A stretch of DNA of 64,000 nucleotides from Clostridia bacterium (lineage in GTDB: Bacteria; Bacillota; Clostridia; CAKSNL01; HGM11501). The stretch lies in the NCBI GenBank assembly GCA_045545475.1, contig JAZQAZ010000017.1, positions 11,973 through 75,972 of the forward strand, in the 5' to 3' direction. The stretch's first letter is position 1; every line of letters starts with the position of its first letter. This document shows, one piece after another, positions 60,372 through 64,000 of this stretch. Both the position numbers and the translations under genes were made by a program. The notes under the pieces were generated by a model, which did not search any database, was not told the DNA's origin, and saw only the letters and a list, made by a program, of their open reading frames with translations.

Positions 60372-61442
60372 ATGCAGTTTTCAAATAAAGCAAAAGAACA
60401 TATTGACTCCTGCCGTTTCTGCTGGATGTGCCATCACGTTTGCCCCATCGGAAACGCAACAGGCCTTGAAAGAAACACAGCAAGAGCGAGAGCTCTCGGT
60501 CTTTCCTTGGTTGCAAGGGAAGCAGTTGAATATTCAGATGATATTATAAACAACGTATACGAATGCTCCCTTTGCGGCGGATGTATGAAGGACTGTGTTA
60601 CAGGCTGGGATCCCGTTATGTTTACAAAGGAAGCAAGACTCGGTGCGGCTCTTGACGGTAAGATTCCCGCATATGTTGAAAAAATGCTTGATAATTTAGA
60701 TGCAAAGGGAAATATCTACGGTATCGAAAACGAAAACAAGATTCCCGATTTCCCCGAAACAGATGTGCTTTTCTTTATCGGTGAAGACACCAGAGCGAAG
60801 GGCTGTGCAAAAACAGCCGCTTCCGTACTTAAGGCAGCAGGCGTAGATTTCACAATTCTTAAGGACGAACCCGTAAGCGGTTACAGCCTTGACTTCTTAC
60901 TCGGTGCCGCAGCAGAAACAAAGGCAGCTATGGAAAATTGTGCAAAGGTACTTAATAACTACAAAAAGGTAATCTGCTACGATCCTTCCGATGCAAAGGT
61001 AATGCTGCGTGAATACAAGGAATGGGGAATTGAAGTTACGGCCGAAGTTGTAACATTCACATCCTTCCTTGCAGAATTAATCGAAAAGGGCGCACTCAAG
61101 GTTAAAAATTCAGGTGAGGTTTATACTCCTCAGGATTCTCCCATCCTTGCAAGAGACTTGGACGAAACCGATGCAATAAGAACAATACTTAATGCATGCG
61201 GAAGCGTTCGTGATATGCTTCTTTCAAAGAAGGATACCGTTTTAGCCGGAAACCTCATTATGAATGAATATATGCCAGACGTAATGGCAAAGGTTGCCGA
61301 TATGAGATGGACAAATGCGAAGAACGCAAATGCTGAAATCTTAGTTACAGAGTGCTTCGCAGAATACACTCTTCTTTCCGAAAATAAGATTGACGGAATC
61401 GAGCTTAAGAAGATTGAGGAGGTTGTTTCAGAATGCTTGTAA
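60372..61442 (+). CDS. GlpC/GlcF-like Fe-S protein
   Basis: CRFCWMCHHVCP and CSLCGGCMKDC; the C-terminal CCG motifs are degenerate. Confidence 0.8.
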   Translation: MQFSNKAKEHIDSCRFCWMCHHVCPIGNATGLERNTARARALGLSLVAREAVEYSDDIINNVYECSLCGGCMKDCVTGWDPVMFTKEARLGAALDGKIPAYVEKMLDNLDAKGNIYGIENENKIPDFPETDVLFFIGEDTRAKGCAKTAASVLKAAGVDFTILKDEPVSGYSLDFLLGAAAETKAAMENCAKVLNNYKKVICYDPSDAKVMLREYKEWGIEVTAEVVTFTSFLAELIEKGALKVKNSGEVYTPQDSPILARDLDETDAIRTILNACGSVRDMLLSKKDTVLAGNLIMNEYMPDVMAKVADMRWTNAKNANAEILVTECFAEYTLLSENKIDGIELKKIEEVVSECL

Positions 61443-62266
61443 GCTTTAAGACTGTGCTTGATATGGCAGAGAAGGGCAATTTCGCCATTCCTGCATTCAA
61501 CGTATATAATATGGAAACGGTTATGGGTGTTATAAGAGCGGCTGAAAGAATGAATGCTCCCGTGATACTTCAGAACTACTCCCGACTTGTTACAAACGAG
61601 GAAGGATACTTCCTTGCTCCCATAATCATTGCGGCTGCAAAACAGGCAAGCGTTCCCGTTTGCTATCATCTTGACCACGGTGCAAGCGAGGTTGAGGTTA
61701 TGAGAACTCTCCGCTATGGTGCAACAGGCATTATGATTGATAAATCCGCACTTCCCATGGAAGAGAACATTGCCGGAACAAAGAACGTTGTTGAGCTTTG
61801 TAAGGCAGTGGGTGTGGAGGTTGAAGGTGAAATCGGTCACGTCGGCTCTGCGGCAAACGGCGATGAACAGACTACAGAATACACCACAGTGGAAGAAGCA
61901 AAGGCTTTCGTTGAGGGAACAGGTGTAACTGCACTTGCAATTGCGGTTGGTACTGCTCACGGAAGATATAAAAAGGCTCCCAAGCTTGCAATTGAAAGAA
62001 TCGCTGAAATCCACAAAAATGTGGATGTTGCACTGGTTCTTCACGGCGGAAGCGGCGTTCCCGATGAGGAAATCAAAGCTTCCATCAATGCAGGTATCAG
62101 AAAAATCAACTTCGGAACAGACCTTTGCTATGCATTCCTTGATCAGGTATTTGCAACAGGCAGAGACAAGGTTGGTATCGACCTTTTCATGAAGGATGCA
62201 GTTGAAGCTGTAGCATCCTTTGCTGAAGAAAAGATAAAGTTGTTAGGAGCTGACAATAAGGCATGA
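61433..62266 (+). CDS. Class II ketose-phosphate aldolase
   Basis: PAFNV, HLDHG, EGEIG, GTAHG, LVLHGGSG, KINFGT. Confidence 0.92.
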   Translation: MLVSFKTVLDMAEKGNFAIPAFNVYNMETVMGVIRAAERMNAPVILQNYSRLVTNEEGYFLAPIIIAAAKQASVPVCYHLDHGASEVEVMRTLRYGATGIMIDKSALPMEENIAGTKNVVELCKAVGVEVEGEIGHVGSAANGDEQTTEYTTVEEAKAFVEGTGVTALAIAVGTAHGRYKKAPKLAIERIAEIHKNVDVALVLHGGSGVPDEEIKASINAGIRKINFGTDLCYAFLDQVFATGRDKVGIDLFMKDAVEAVASFAEEKIKLLGADNKA

Positions 62267-63192
62267 GTAAGGTTGTAGGAATCGGAGCAAACGTGTATGA
62301 TACACTTTATACCGTGCCAAATTATCCTACCGAGGATACAAAAATGAGAGCAGAAAATTCCGTTGCGGCAGGGGGAGGCCCCACCGCAACGGGAATTGTC
62401 GCAGTATCAAAGCTTGGAGCAAAAGCCGCCTATATCGGCGTTCTTGCCGATGATGCGGGCGGATGCTTTTTGAAGGCGGATATGGAAAAATACGGCGTTT
62501 CCACGGAATATACCGACGTTTATTCGGGATATGCTTCCTTTTCATCCTGCATATGGCTGAGCAGGGAAGCAAAAAGCCGTACCTGCGTATTTTTCAGAGG
62601 AAATCTGCCTGCCTTAAAGCTTGATGAAAAAAAGACAGAAGCAATTAAAAATGCTGAAATCTTAATGGTTGACGGAAATGAGATGGAGGCTGCAGTTGAA
62701 GGAGCAAAAATCGCAAATGAGTCCGGTACTAAGGTATTGTATGATGCAGGCGGACTTTATGAGGGTGTTGAAAAACTTCTTCCTCATGCCGATATATTGA
62801 TTCCTTCCGAGGAATTTTCGTTAGGACATACGGGGGCTGCGACAGCAGAGGATGCGGCAAAGATTCTTTTCGACAAATATTCACCCGAGGTTGTTGTAAT
62901 AACCCAGGGGAAAAAAGGCGGCATAATGTATGACGGTAAGGAAATAAAAGCTTACCCTGCAACACCCGCCGAGGTTATAGACTCAAACGGTGCGGGAGAC
63001 GTTTTCCACGGGGCTTTCGCCTTTGCCGTAACAAAGGGCTATGACTATTATAAGGCCTGCATATTCTCCAGTGCAGTTTCAGCATTAAAGTGCGAAAAGC
63101 TTGGCGCAAGAGCAGGCGTTCCGACCTTTTCGGAGGTAATAAAATATTTGAAGGAGTTGGGATTCGATGAATTTAAAGAAGAACTGGAATAA
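62263..63192 (+). CDS. PfkB-family kinase, YihV/ketohexokinase-like
   Basis: GGGPTAT..VAVSKLG, ITQGKKG, DSNGAGDVFHGAF. Confidence 0.88.
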   Translation: MSKVVGIGANVYDTLYTVPNYPTEDTKMRAENSVAAGGGPTATGIVAVSKLGAKAAYIGVLADDAGGCFLKADMEKYGVSTEYTDVYSGYASFSSCIWLSREAKSRTCVFFRGNLPALKLDEKKTEAIKNAEILMVDGNEMEAAVEGAKIANESGTKVLYDAGGLYEGVEKLLPHADILIPSEEFSLGHTGAATAEDAAKILFDKYSPEVVVITQGKKGGIMYDGKEIKAYPATPAEVIDSNGAGDVFHGAFAFAVTKGYDYYKACIFSSAVSALKCEKLGARAGVPTFSEVIKYLKELGFDEFKEELE

Positions 63193-63955
63193 GAAATTCG
63201 GTAAAAGCGAAATAATCACAAAGGCAAACAGCACCTGTAAAAAGGTTGAAATGGATATGCTTCGTTTAGCTCCCGGGGACAAAAAGTCCTACAGAGAGGT
63301 AAATAAGGAATATGCCCTTGTTATTTTAAGAGGTAAGTGCACAGTAGAAGGCGAAGGCTTCTCCTTTAAGGATGCAGGGTGCAGAATGGACGTTTTCGAA
63401 GGTGCTGCAACATGCATTTATGTACCTGCTAATACTCCCTTCACAGTTGAAGGCGTAACAGAGGTTGAAATCGCAGTTTGCAAGTCACCCTCCGAGGCAG
63501 CATATAAGCCTGCAATCGTAAATCCCGAGGATGTTGTAATTAAGAACTTAGGTAAGCCCGGCTGGGAGAGAGAAGCTCACTTCATTTTAGATGAAAGAGT
63601 GGATTCTACAATGCTTTACATCGGTGAAGCTTTTGTAAAGGGCGGACAGTGGGCAAGCTATCCTCCTCACAAGCACGACGATGACAATATGCCTAAAGAA
63701 GCTGAGACAGAAGAAATTTACTATTATGAATTCAAACGTCCCGAAGGCTTCGGTATCCAGAAGGTTTATACAATGGAAGGCGACATCGACGAGACTTACA
63801 CAGTTAAGACAGGCGATTTAGTTGAAATCCCGAGGGGATATCATCCCTTCCACACAGCACCCGGATATGATAACTATTATCTTTGGATTATGGCAGGAGC
63901 TGACAGAGGCTTCTACATGACCACAGACGAGGATCACTTATGGCTGACAAAATAA
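63167..63955 (+). CDS. iolB: IolB-family (5-deoxy-glucuronate) isomerase
   Basis: W.SYPPHKHD, EEIYYY, GFG.Q.VY, P.GYHP, YYLW.MAG. Confidence 0.85.
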   Translation: MNLKKNWNKKFGKSEIITKANSTCKKVEMDMLRLAPGDKKSYREVNKEYALVILRGKCTVEGEGFSFKDAGCRMDVFEGAATCIYVPANTPFTVEGVTEVEIAVCKSPSEAAYKPAIVNPEDVVIKNLGKPGWEREAHFILDERVDSTMLYIGEAFVKGGQWASYPPHKHDDDNMPKEAETEEIYYYEFKRPEGFGIQKVYTMEGDIDETYTVKTGDLVEIPRGYHPFHTAPGYDNYYLWIMAGADRGFYMTTDEDHLWLTK

Positions 63956-64000
63956 TTACACTTAAAAACGAGTTCCTTACCGTTGATATATCAACAAAGG
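63940..64000 (+). CDS. Probable aldose 1-epimerase (LacX-like), 5' fragment
   Basis: Own translation MADKIITLKNEFLTVDISTK; GAGGA RBS; overlaps the iolB stop; only 20 codons visible. Confidence 0.5.
   Translation, partial: MADKIITLKNEFLTVDISTK

Noticed and set aside
61130-62044. 304-aa minus-strand ORF and similar long antisense ORFs
   Set aside because: Shadows of well-supported genes with strong codon bias
58933-63955. Standard myo-inositol or sulfoglycolysis operon
   Set aside because: No iolG/E/D/A, and no sulfoquinovosidase, SQ isomerase or sulfolactaldehyde reductase visible; genes beyond the window edge are unknown

Overview
A 64-kb chromosomal window from a low-GC, spore-forming Bacillota (Clostridia-like; inferred from sleB, the rpsM-rpsK-rpsD-rpoA order and the KOW/L14e-like gene after map). 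The centre (28.1-43.6 kb) is a complete, ordinary S10-spc-alpha ribosomal protein cluster. The left arm holds mscL/mscS, an amino-acid ABC operon with a YerC/HisR-type repressor, a second EF-G, rpsF-ssb-rpsR, pepP-efp and a glycosidase block (4 GH39-like, GH43, GH35, 2 clan GH-D) headed by a nitrilase-GDPD fusion. The right arm is a carbohydrate-catabolic region: AraC + ADP-ribosylglycohydrolase-like protein, a short orphan glycyl-radical enzyme, kdgK-eda, and an RpiR-linked operon joining an alkyl-DHAP-synthase-like flavoprotein and an Fe-S protein to an IolB isomerase, PfkB kinase and class II aldolase. No rRNA, tRNA, CRISPR array, integrase or transposase was seen. The most unusual signals are: (1) a structured repeat family at two loci (after efp and after kdgK) with R-U-R-U-R architecture and covarying stems; (2) two divergent promoter-to-terminator units without a real ORF at 14.2-15.0 kb, the longer starting with a strong RBS and Met-Arg-stop; (3) the RpiR operon as a possible new sugar or sugar-ether catabolic pathway. 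All calls are from reading motifs by eye; no database searches were run.
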